This document shows, one piece after another, positions 31,781 through 41,604 of a stretch of DNA of 64,000 nucleotides. The notes beneath the pieces were generated by a model. That model had not been told where the DNA came from, did not search any database, and saw only the letters and a program-made list of their open reading frames with translations. Origin of the DNA: Endomicrobiales bacterium (GTDB lineage Bacteria; Elusimicrobiota; Endomicrobiia; Endomicrobiales; CAWCFT01); contig CAWCFT010000001.1 in assembly GCA_963794945.1 (NCBI GenBank), positions 64,001-128,000 of the forward strand. Reading direction: 5' to 3'. A program made the translations under genes and the position numbers. Within the stretch, counting starts at the first letter, position 1, and every line of letters starts with the position of its first letter.

Positions 31781-33118
31781 TTATCCGATCTTGCTTTTCT
31801 TAATGAAACCTTTCTTCATCATGTCCTGAGTAAGTGATCTTGAACGCAGAATTATCTTCTTGGCTTCTGTATATATCGTTGACGTGGACAGTTTCTTCCC
31901 AGCTATCTTTTCCTTAATGGCTTTAGTTCCCACTGCCGCGGCTACCCTCGGAAAAAGCTCCCAGTCGTCCATTGTGGGCAGTATCCTGTCGCGCCTGAGT
32001 TTGCTATCTTTTATGCAGTTTGAGATCTCTACTGCCGCCGTTATGCACATGCTGTCCGTTATGGTGGAAGCCCTTACGTCAAGAGTACCCCTGAACACGC
32101 CAGGGAAACCAAGCGAATTGTTTACCTGGTTTGGAAAATCGCTTCTGCCTGTCGCTACGACCGCGGCTCCGGCCTCTATCGCTTCCCATGGCCATATCTC
32201 GGGTGTGGGGTTCGCGCAGACGAACACTATCGCGCATTTCGCCATCTTTTTTATCCACTCTTTCTTTATGACTCCCGGCCCCGGGGTCGAAAGAGCTATC
32301 ACGGCATCGGCGTTCTCGAGCGCTTCCTTAATGCCGCCTACAAGCCCGCCAGCGTTAGTCTCAAGGCACAACTGCCACTTCTGCGGGTGGGTCTCTTTAA
32401 GCTCTTTTCTGCCCTTGTGCAGTGTGCCGTGCTTGTCAACCATTATTATCTTTCCGGGGTTTGCCCCATAAGTCATCAGGAGGCGGGCGATACAAATGTT
32501 CGCGGCCCGGCTCCGACAAGCGTTATGTTTATCTTAGATATTTTTTTGTTTACGACTTTAAGCGCGTTTATCATTCCAGCTAGCGTCACCAGAGCTGTCC
32601 CCTGCTGGTCGTCGTGCCAGACCGGTATTCGGCACTCTTTCCTAAGGGTGTCCAGTATCGGGAAGCATTTGGGCTGTTCTATGTCTTCTAGATTGATGCC
32701 ACCGAACGAAGGCTGGAGGATCTTTACGGTATCGATTATCTTCTGCTGATCCTTTGTGTCCAAGCATATCGGGTATGCGTCAACACCGCCGAGGTATTTG
32801 TAAAGCAGGGCCTTGCCTTCCATTACCGGCATGCCTGCTTCCGGCCCGATATCACCGAGGCCAAGCACCCTTGTACCGTCAGAAACCACTGCTACGCTGT
32901 TCCACTTGTTCGTGAACTCGTAAGCGAGCTCTGGGTTTCTTTGTATATCCTCGCAAACGGCGGCTGACTCCCGGCGTGTACCATACGGCAAAATCGTTAA
33001 AGTCCCTGATGCGGCATTTCGGGATGACCTCGATCTTACCGCGGTAGAACGGATGAAGCTTGCGCGCTAAGGACGATGGTTTCTCGGCACTTCTGATGAG
33101 CTCTTTGACGCTTTTCAT
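31781..33118 (-). CDS. NAD(P)-dependent malic enzyme (indels near 32965 and 32505)
   Basis: [44 protein letters not shown]. Confidence 0.93.
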
Positions 33119-33260
33119 TGTTTTTTTCAGGCAGGAAAACCTGGATGGGATTCTTACCTATCTCTCTTTCGTTTTTATTTGAAGCAGTTATTGCCTCAGT
33201 AGTTTTTGTACTATACCATCTGTTAATCTGTAATTTGGGATCTGTAATATGTAATTACAG

Positions 33261-34313
33261 TTATACTACTGTCTCAGAAAATTCTTTTATATACTGTTCT
33301 ACTATAACTGGGTCGAACCTCGTGTGTTCGCCGAGCTTTAGCATCTGCTTAATTTTTTCATCGCTATAACCATTCATGCGCATCTCGTCCACTGCCTCAG
33401 CCACAGAGACTATCCTTGCGCCGAGCGGTATCTTCTCGCCGCTTAGGCCGTCCGGGTAGCCTGTGCCGTCGAAATTCTCGTGGTGGTGCCGTATTACAGG
33501 CACAGCGCCTTTTAGTAAATTTATGTTCCTGACCATCTCCGCGCCGGATTTCGGATGGCTGGTCTCGGCGTCGTTTGCCCTGCCGGTGGAAATGAACTCT
33601 TTGACATTGATAAAACCTATATCGTGGAGTAGAGCCCCGTAGTACAGACCCTTATATTCCTGGTCCTTAACTCCCATTCTCCTGCCGAGCGTCGTTGCGA
33701 GCTGGGCCACGTTCCACGAGTGCCCCGCAAGCTTTGGGTCGCGGGATTCAACTGCCACTATGAGTATTTCTATGCCGTTGACAAAAAAATTTCTCTGATC
33801 TTCAGACAGCCGAGCGTTATTTATGCTCACCGCGGCCAAAGAAGACAAGCTCTCAAGAATTATAGCGTCGTCTTCGTCAAACCCGCCGGCCTTTTTATTG
33901 AGTATCTCTACCACGCCCACAAGTTCGGATTCAACTATCATCGGCACACAGATCATGGACCTGGTAACAAAGCCGGAGGCCTTGTCCATCTCTTTATTGA
34001 AACGCGGGTCGCTTGCGGCATCGTTTGCGACTATCATCTTTTTGTTCTGCGCAACAAGCCCCGCTATCCCCTGCCCCATCTTTACCTTCATTTTCTGCAC
34101 AACGCCGCCCTTTTCTCCGGTCGCGACCTTGAAAGACAAGGATTGTTTGTCTTCGTCGAGAAGCATTATCGAAGAAGCCTCCGCGTTCAGCAGCTTCTCC
34201 GCGGCCATTCCCACGCGCTTAAGCAGCGCGTCTACATCCATAACCGAAGACAGGCTCTTCGCTATCTCGAATATTTCTCTCATCCCCTCAGTCGTACAAT
34301 TGTTTTTAGCCAT
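33261..34313 (-). CDS. GAF plus HD-GYP domain protein
   Basis: GAF (GQGIAG..TRSMICVP), LLHDIG, HHENFDGTGYPDGL. Confidence 0.9.
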   Translation of the reverse strand: MAKNNCTTEGMREIFEIAKSLSSVMDVDALLKRVGMAAEKLLNAEASSIMLLDEDKQSLSFKVATGEKGGVVQKMKVKMGQGIAGLVAQNKKMIVANDAASDPRFNKEMDKASGFVTRSMICVPMIVESELVGVVEILNKKAGGFDEDDAIILESLSSLAAVSINNARLSEDQRNFFVNGIEILIVAVESRDPKLAGHSWNVAQLATTLGRRMGVKDQEYKGLYYGALLHDIGFINVKEFISTGRANDAETSHPKSGAEMVRNINLLKGAVPVIRHHHENFDGTGYPDGLSGEKIPLGARIVSVAEAVDEMRMNGYSDEKIKQMLKLGEHTRFDPVIVEQYIKEFSETVV

Positions 34314-34378
34314 ATCATTTCCCCTTGCGACAACTACTTAAATGATCCTGATAGTTAATCTGTATTTTTTTATCGGCT

Positions 34379-36101
34379 TTATTGCGCCGTCGCCAGGACT
34401 TCTTCGAGGCTGCTACGGCCCTGTGTGACTTTTATAAGGCCGTCCTCGAGCAGCGTGCGCATCCCCTGCTCGCGCGCGAGATTCCTCACCGGCCCCGCGG
34501 CTATTTCTTTTAAAAGCAGCGCCCTCATCTGGTCCGTCATCATCAGAAGCTCGTGTATGCCGGCCCTGCCCTTGTACCCCGTCTTGTTGCAGTTATCGCA
34601 GCCGCGCCCCTTGAATATGGTAGCATTGGCGGTGTCTATATTGTGCTGCGCAAAAAATTTCTGATGTTCATCGGTAATCTCCACCCTCTCCTTGCATTCC
34701 GGACACACGCGCCTTACAAGCCTCTGGGCAAGTATGCACTCTATAGATGAAGCGATAAGGAAGCTGGGTATCCCCATTTCATGCAAGCGGGCCACGGCTG
34801 ACGGGGCGTCGTTCGTGTGGATTGTGGAGAACACAAGGTGGCCTGTCATAGCGGCTTCCATGGCTATCTGGGCGGTTTCCTTGTCTCGTATTTCTCCGAC
34901 CATTATAACGTCCGGGTCCTGCCTCAGGAACGCGCGAAGCGCCGACGAGAAATCGAAACCTATCTCTTGTACAACGTTGACCTGTATGATGCCGGAAAGG
35001 TTATATTCGACAGGGTTTTCGGCTGTGAGTATCTTAGTATCGGGAGAGTTTATCGAGTTAAGCGCGGCGTAAAGCGTGGTTGATTTTCCCGAGCCGGTCG
35101 GCCCGCAAACCAATATGAGGCCGTAAGGTTTTTGAAGCGATGCCTTGAATTTCTCAAGTGTGTCCGGCAGGAAGCCCAGCTTGTCCATATCTACTCTTAC
35201 GGAAGCGCGGTCGAGTACGCGCATGACGCACGCCTCACCGAACACCGTTGGCACGATGTTAACGCGGAACTCCACCGGGTTGCCTTTCGCCATTACCTGT
35301 ATACGCCCGTCCTGCGGCCTGCGGCGCTCGGTGATGTCCATCTGTTCCGTCATTATCTTGAGCTTCGCAATTAGAGCGTTTCTAAACGAGAAGGGCACCT
35401 GGAACGGCGCTTCCCTAAGCATGCCGTCTATGCGGTACCTGACAATAAGTTTGCTTTCAAAGGGTTCTATATGTATGTCCGAAGCTTTCTGCTGAAGGGC
35501 GCCTAGGATGATGGCGTTAACAAGCTTTTCGACTTCGGGAGCGGACGCGTCGACTTCGGTGACTTCGACTTTTACTTCCACTTTCTCCAGCTTCATATCT
35601 TCGCTGGCGGCCTTTAGCTATGCCGTCCATCATCTTTTCAACGGAGACGCTGTCTGCGAGGCCGTAGGCTTTGTCTAGAACTTTGTTGATGTCTTCGGGA
35701 AGGGTAAGGTAAGCCTGAACTTCGAAGTTGGTCCTGAGCTGTATATCTTCTATAACAAAAAAATCCCGTGGATCGGCCATAGCGACAAAGAGGACATTTT
35801 CTTCCTTAACGAAAGGCACTGCCCTGTGGCGCCTAGCGGCCGCTTCGGGGATGACTTTTGCGACTTCGGGGTCTATCTCTATTTCATCGAGGTTAACCGC
35901 TTTGACTCCCCATTCCTGGGAAAGCGTGCGCAGGAGGTCAACCCGGCTCATCATGTTGAGCCGGACAACGACAGACTGCAGAGGTTCAGATGTTTTTTTG
36001 CTTTCTTCCTGGGCTTGCTCAAGCTGCTGATCAGTAAGCAGTTTGTTATCGGTGAGTATTTCTTTGACCGTTTTTCTTCTGACGGGGCTTTTGGAAGCCA
36101 T
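34379..36101 (-). CDS. pilB: Type IV pilus/T2SS assembly ATPase PilB/GspE (indel near 35612)
   Basis: ASDIHIEP, GPTGSGKSTT, LRQDPDVIMVGEIRD, TGHLVFSTIHTN, tetra-Cys; N-terminal MshEN-like region. Confidence 0.9.
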
Positions 36102-36288
36102 TTAATTTCCTTTTGATCCCGTATTCCTGTCGAATCTTGAAGTAACATGATTATACATGTTTTAATCCATTTTTTCAAGCAAAATTACGTTTAAAGGTTC
36201 GATGTTCAACATCACTGGTTCAAGGATCAAAGGCTCAAAGTTCAATCAAATACGAATTGTATTTTTTTATAGGTTTAGTTGACTTTAG

Positions 36289-36444
36289 ACAGGGCCTGCA
36301 AATCTCTGCTAATTTGCAGGCTCTGTATCCAGCGAAGAGAGGGATCAATTTAATAAAAAGTGTTTTGAGCCCGACTTTTGCTTTCTGGAGGGCTCAAAGC
36401 CAAGGGAGGCTGCAATGCCGACCGTCTTTTTATAAATTGATCCC
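36289..36444. repeat. Palindromic intergenic element (MITE-like)
   Basis: ACAGGGCCTGCAAAT/ATTTGCAGGCTCTGT hairpin; GGGATCAATTTA(A)TAAAAAG/CTTTTTATAAATTGATCCC long inverted repeat enclosing TTTGAGCCC/GGGCTCAAA. Confidence 0.6.
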
Positions 36445-36457
36445 GAGCGCCCCCCAG

Positions 36458-36487
36458 TTGACAGAATAGATTCTTTTATTCTATAAT
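36458..36487 (+). promoter_or_regulatory. Sigma70 promoter of hppA
   Basis: TTGACA-18 nt-TATAAT. Confidence 0.75.
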
Positions 36488-36619
36488 CTGTGCTCCACGC
36501 GTACAACCGCTGACCCGACCTTCAATCAAACAGCGTTTTACCGCAGGTCTATAAAGCACAATGGTGTGCACGGGTTTTGTCAAAACGCAGCGTGGTAATA
36601 TACTATAAGGAGACTTCAG

Positions 36620-39038
36620 ATGGAATCAAGACATGGTTTTATCACGAAAACCGCTTTAAGATTTATGTCCGGCGCGGCCGTCGTGCTGTCAGCCGTAGTG
36701 TCCGCGTTCGCGGGCGAGTCAGACCTCATCCTCCCGGACTTAAGATCGGTCCAGTTTCTCGGAGTTGACGGGCACACACTGCTTCTTTACGGGATCATCA
36801 TCTGCGTGTTCGGGCTTGTTTTCGGGCTCGTGCAGTTCATGCGCACTAAGAACCTTCCCGTTCACAAATCAATGAAAGAGATTTCAGAGCTCATATATGA
36901 GACCTGCAAAACCTATCTTATTACCCAGGGCAAATTCATTCTTCTTCTTGAAGCGATGCTCGCGGTTATAATCGTGGTTTACTTCGGCGGCCTACGTCAC
37001 TTCGAAACATATAAGGTTGTAACAATCATAATCTGCAGCCTTATAGGTATCGGCGGCAGCTACCTTGTTGCCTGGTTCGGTATGAGAATCAACACTTACG
37101 CCAACTCACGCTCAGCATTCGCAAGCCTTAGCGGCAAACCGTTCCCGACATACGCGATACCAGCCCGTTCGGGTATAAGTATCGGAATGCTCCTCATCAG
37201 CATTGAGCTCCTTGTCATGCTTAGCATACTCCTTTTTATCAGCCGCGACCTAGCGGGCTCTTGCTTCATAGGTTTCGCCATCGGCGAATCGCTCGGCGCA
37301 TCTGTTCTTAGGATAGCCGGCGGAATCTTCACAAAGATAGCTGATATCGGTTCCGACCTGATGAAGATAGTTTTCAACATTAAAGAAGACGATGCCCGTA
37401 ACCCCGGCGTAATAGCGGACTGTACCGGCGACAACGCCGGCGACTCGGTCGGCCCCACGGCTGACGGCTTCGAAACCTATGGCGTAACCGGCGTTGCCCT
37501 TATATCATTCATCCTTCTCGCGATAAAAGACCCCATCCTGCAGGTCAAGCTGCTTGTATGGCTCTTCGTGATGCGCCTTGCCATGCTTCTCGCGAGCGCG
37601 GCTTCATACGGTATCAATTCGCTCATAGCGAAAGCGATGTACGCGAACAAAGATAAAATGGACTTTGAAGCCCCTCTTACTTCACTCGTCTGGATTACAT
37701 CCTTCGTTTCTATAGCTATGACGTACGTAATATCGTTCTTCATCATAAGCGACATAGGGGACGGCTCGATCTGGTGGAAGCTTTCCACCATCATCTCCTG
37801 CGGAACCATAGCGGGCGCCGTTATACCTGAGATAGTAAAGATATTCACCTCCACAAACAGCGCTTTTGTAAAGAACGTTGTAAGCTCGTCGCGTGAAGGC
37901 GGAGCGTCGCTCAACATTCTCGCGGGACTTACCGCTGGTAACTTCAGCGCCTACTGGATGGGTTTCTGCATACTATCCCTTATGGCGATAGCCTACGGCA
38001 TAAGCACACTCGGCCTCGGAGCTTTGATGCTCGCGGCCCCGGTATTCGCGTTCGGCCTTGTGGCGTTTGGATTCCTCGGCATGGGACCCGTGACAATAGC
38101 CGTTGACTCTTACGGCCCGGTAACGGACAATGCCCAGTCGGTTTATGAGCTTTCTCTTATAGAAACAATACCCGGCATCAAAGAAGAAATAAAGAAGGAT
38201 TTCGGCTTTGACCCTAACTTCGACGTAGCAAAGCATAACCTTGAAGCCAACGACGGCGCTGGCAACACCTTTAAGGCGACCGCCAAACCGGTGCTTATCG
38301 GCACGGCTGTTGTCGGAGCGACAACGATGATATTCTCCATCATTGTGATGCTCACTCAGGGTCTGGTGGTCAACATTGACAAACTCTCTATACTTTACCC
38401 CCCGTTCCTGCTCGGCCTTATCGCCGGTGGCGCGGTCATCTACTGGTTCACAGGCGCGGCAAACCACGCGGTGACCAGCGGAGCCTACAAAGCGGTAGAG
38501 TACATCAAAGAGCACATGAAACTGGACGGAAGCGCCACAAAAGCCTCCACTGAAGATTCTAAGAAAGTTGTCGAGATCTGCACGCAGTACGCGCAGAAGG
38601 GAATGTTGAACCTTTTCCTTGTTATATTCCTGAGCACGCTCGCATTCGCATGCCTCGAACCTTTCTTCTTCATCGGCTACCTTATCTCCATAGCGCTCTT
38701 CGGACTCTTCCAGGCAATATTCATGGCTAATGCCGGCGCAGCCTGGGATAACGCGAAAAAAGTCGTTGAAGTAGATCTTAGAGAAAAAGGCACCGAGCTC
38801 CACAAAGCAACCGTTGTCGGCGATACGGTCGGCGACCCGTTCAAGGACACCTCTTCGGTTGCCATGAACCCGACCATCAAGTTTACGACGCTTTTTGGGC
38901 TTCTCGCCCTTGAGCTCGCCATCGGACTTTCGAGGCCGGTAAGCCTCGCGGCTCGCGGCAATATTCTTCGCCGCTTCGCTGGTGTTCGTGGTCAGAAGCT
39001 TCACACAGATGCGCATCAAGGGAATTGGCGACAAATAA
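36620..39038 (+). CDS. hppA: Membrane-bound cation-translocating pyrophosphatase (indel near 38950; corrected stop 39036-39038)
   Basis: GGIFTKIADIGSDL, EDDARNP, DSYGPVTDNA, GNTFKA, GDTVGDPFKDT. Confidence 0.93.
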
Positions 39039-39074
39039 ATATTCGAGCCATAATATATAAATAACAAAGAAGAA

Positions 39075-39097
39075 AGGCGGATATACGTTATCCGCCT
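39075..39097. terminator. Conserved palindrome copy 1 (AGGCGGATA-TACGT-TATCCGCCT)
   Basis: Stem flanked by A and T tracts after hppA; 8-copy family. Confidence 0.75.
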
Positions 39098-39203
39098 TTC
39101 TTCTTTTTATGCCCATAAGCCGCCCGTAAACCTGTGGACTAAAGTCAGGGAAACGCGGAAACTCCCTATTGGATGGAAATATTATTTTTCATATTATCAG
39201 GTT

Positions 39204-39302
39204 ATGAAAACAACTTTGAAGATTTTATTAGCTTTCGCGCTTTGCGCTGAAACAGTGGCATTGGTCATAATGTTCACTCAATACCTGTCAACGGCAGGAT
39301 AA
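39204..39302 (+). CDS. Small hydrophobic peptide 1 (32 aa)
   Basis: MKTTLKILLAFALCAETVALVIMFTQYLSTAG; paralog at 39400 with mostly synonymous differences at shared residues. Confidence 0.75.
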   Translation: MKTTLKILLAFALCAETVALVIMFTQYLSTAG

Positions 39303-39399
39303 CCTGCCTTCAAGTACACACAGCCTACCACGATAAAAGTCGGTTTAAAGCCGAAAATACCGATTGCGAGCGGCAGTGCAAATGATGTATCGTTAAGGT

Positions 39400-39513
39400 A
39401 TGAAAACTGCCTTAAAAATACTATTAGCATGCATGTTGTGCGTTGTTACGGTCACTGTGATCGTTCTATTCGTGCAGTATATTTCAAGAAAGGGGTTAAA
39501 TCATGAAACTTAA
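39400..39513 (+). CDS. Small hydrophobic peptide 2 (37 aa)
   Basis: MKTALKILLACMLCVVTVTVIVLFVQYISRKGLNHET; 18/32 identical to peptide 1; overlaps DUF2892 start. Confidence 0.75.
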   Translation: MKTALKILLACMLCVVTVTVIVLFVQYISRKGLNHET

Positions 39514-39742
39514 CATGAGTGTTTTAGACAGGTTTATCCGCGTGCTGATCGTTGCTTTAATAGTCGTTCTCTATTTTACCCATATTATAAGCGGCACGGT
39601 GGCCCTTATACTCGGTATAATAGCCGTTCTCCTTCTTTTAACAAGCATAATAGGTTGGTGCGCTATATACGCTCTGCTCGGCATTTCCACTAAAACCGAG
39701 CCCGGCGGCGTGCAAAATAAACAGGAAGGGGCCGGAGCATAA
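39503..39742 (+). CDS. DUF2892 (YgaP-like) membrane protein
   Basis: NMSVLDRFIR...GWCAIYALLGIST. Confidence 0.9.
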   Translation: MKLNMSVLDRFIRVLIVALIVVLYFTHIISGTVALILGIIAVLLLLTSIIGWCAIYALLGISTKTEPGGVQNKQEGAGA

Positions 39743-39773
39743 GTAACTCCGGCCGGGGGTTAAAAAAGAAAAA

Positions 39774-39795
39774 AGACAGAAGACCATTTCTGCCT
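39774..39795. terminator. Conserved palindrome copy 2, between convergent genes
   Basis: AGACAGAAGACCATTTCTGCCT with long A and T tracts. Confidence 0.7.
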
Positions 39796-39828
39796 TTTTT
39801 CTTTTTACTTCCCCCATCCCTTGTATAT

Positions 39829-40245
39829 TTAAGAGAGTTGTGATACCTTTTCCAATACCTCGCACGCCTTTTCCTTATTGCCGTGAAGCATGAGGTCGCT
39901 TAGAGAGACTATACCCACCAGCTGATAGTCCAGACTTAGCACGGGCATGCGTCTTACTTTCAAATTTTCCATGCGCTCTGCGGCTTCTTCCACAAAATCG
40001 TCCTCAAAACATGTCTCAACGTTGACTGTCATGAAGTCGCCGGCCCTCGCCGTGTTCGGGTCGCTGCCTTTGGCTAAGGCCCTCACGACAATATCACGGT
40101 CAGTCAAAAGCCCGATAAGCTTATCCTCATTTATGACTGGCAGCACGCCGATATTGAAGTCCCTCATCAAAAGTGCCGCCTCTTTTATTGTAGTATCACG
40201 GTTTATAGTTTGTATTTTGTGCGTCATAATGTTCCTTATCTTCAT
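39829..40245 (-). CDS. CBS domain pair protein
   Basis: IRNIMT, IGVLPV, GLLTDRDIVVR, VRRMPV, GIVSLSDL. Confidence 0.92.
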   Translation of the reverse strand: MKIRNIMTHKIQTINRDTTIKEAALLMRDFNIGVLPVINEDKLIGLLTDRDIVVRALAKGSDPNTARAGDFMTVNVETCFEDDFVEEAAERMENLKVRRMPVLSLDYQLVGIVSLSDLMLHGNKEKACEVLEKVSQLS

Positions 40246-40305
40246 ACCTTCCTCCTGCACATCTGCAAAAAGCCGTTGATTCGAACTTATGCCCTGCCGC
40301 CTAAT

Positions 40306-40747
40306 TTAGACTTTCGCGTGTTCAAGCAGTTTTGCCTCAAGCTCAATGCTCGGCACGCTCGCCAATGCGATCGATATCGGGCAGCCTCCCTTGGCGGTAA
40401 GAGCGTGTTTCTGAAATTCCTCGTCACTTATACCCGGAACGTTTGCTTCAGTAACCAGTTTTATATTGCTTATCGCGTATCCTTCGCCTATCTTATCAAG
40501 TCCCACTTCGGCGGTCGTGGTTATCTTTTCCGGAGGATAGCCAGCCTTGCCAAGTATCATAGATAATGCCATCGAAAAACATCCGGCATGCGCAGCGTAC
40601 CAGTTCTTCAGGGTTAGTTCCGTGCCCGTTCTCGAATCTGGACACGAACGAATAATCCATCTTGGTATCACCGCTGCCTAACTCCATGACACCCTTGCCA
40701 GCTTTTATGGGCCCTGTCCAAATGGCCTTGCTTTTTCTGATGATCAT
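40306..40747 (-). CDS. osmC: OsmC family peroxiredoxin (indel near 40597)
   Basis: YSFVSRFENGHGTNPEEL plus AAHAGCFSMALS...GCPIS. Confidence 0.92.
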
Positions 40748-40907
40748 ACCCGCCTCCAGAATATACTCCTTAAACAATTCAAATATATATGCCCCTTTAA
40801 CCAGCATTCTATCACTTCACACGCGGATTTATGATTATTCAATTCGCAATTTTATTGACTTTTTTCGCGCTCGGTATATAACCTCGCTTAGGTTCTCTCT
40901 TTTCGAG

Positions 40908-41454
40908 TTATTTATAATAATATCTTATCCCTACAGAAGGCAGCCATCCCGCCATATTACCGAATTGAGAATTCAAACTACTGTACCCAAGCCCGGCTTC
41001 AGTTCCAACGCTCAGATCAGGAAGCCCTTGAAAGAAGAATTCAACTCCGAGGCCAACGGCCAGATATGTGTTCGTCCCGCTTGTCCCTGTGTTGGAATAC
41101 GGTTCGATGCCCAGCATGCCAAAACAGTACGCCTTTAGATGCTGTTCCTTTTTGAGCAGGTAAAGTATCTTGCCGCCAATGTCGGTCGTTGTTCTGGTTG
41201 TTATCTTTATTGAAACCAATAAGGCCTTCCGCACCGATTTTCCCGGGCCCCCAATAGCGGTAAGTTAGGAAATTCACTCCGCCGTTAATCTGAACGCTCA
41301 TGCCAAGTGCGTCTCTTCCATCTTCGCTGGCACTCTGCGATGACTGTTCAGTTCCGGACTCAATACTGTCGGACCGTTGTCTCGCTGTAACCCTTGCGAA
41401 CGAAGCGCAGGCGCATATAGAAAGCGCACAAAATGTCAGAATAAAACGTTTCCT
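40908..41454 (-). CDS. Outer-membrane beta-barrel protein (start codon reads AGG after GGAGGAG RBS; indel near 41185)
   Basis: Signal peptide KRFILTFCALSICACASFA, beta-strand pattern, C-terminal GIRYYYK. Confidence 0.6.
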
Positions 41455-41561
41455 ATCTCCTCCAATATTAAAATTTATGCTGAAATACTAACATTTTGCC
41501 TACCCGGACCGCAATGACCTGTTTCTTGTTTTTACCGACTATTTTCGCCCAAAAAGAAAAA

Positions 41562-41584
41562 AGGCAGATAAATTCTGTTTGCCT
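41562..41584. terminator. Conserved palindrome copy 3
   Basis: AGGCAGATA-AATTC-TGTTTGCCT. Confidence 0.7.
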
Positions 41585-41604
41585 TTTTTTACATATATTT
41601 CACT

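Noticed and set aside
37973..39067. 364-aa antisense ORF (and similar long ORFs at 41608-42618 and 20817-21593)
   Set aside because: Shadow ORFs opposite well-supported genes, with no motifs or RBS.
39118..39168. c-di-GMP-I (GEMM) riboswitch-like fragment gtaaacctgtggactaaag
   Set aside because: The first stem with GGCAAAC...GAAA...GACGC is missing, so the resemblance is partial only.
41452..41454. Non-canonical AGG start codon
   Set aside because: More likely a base-call error for ATG given the error rate of this assembly.
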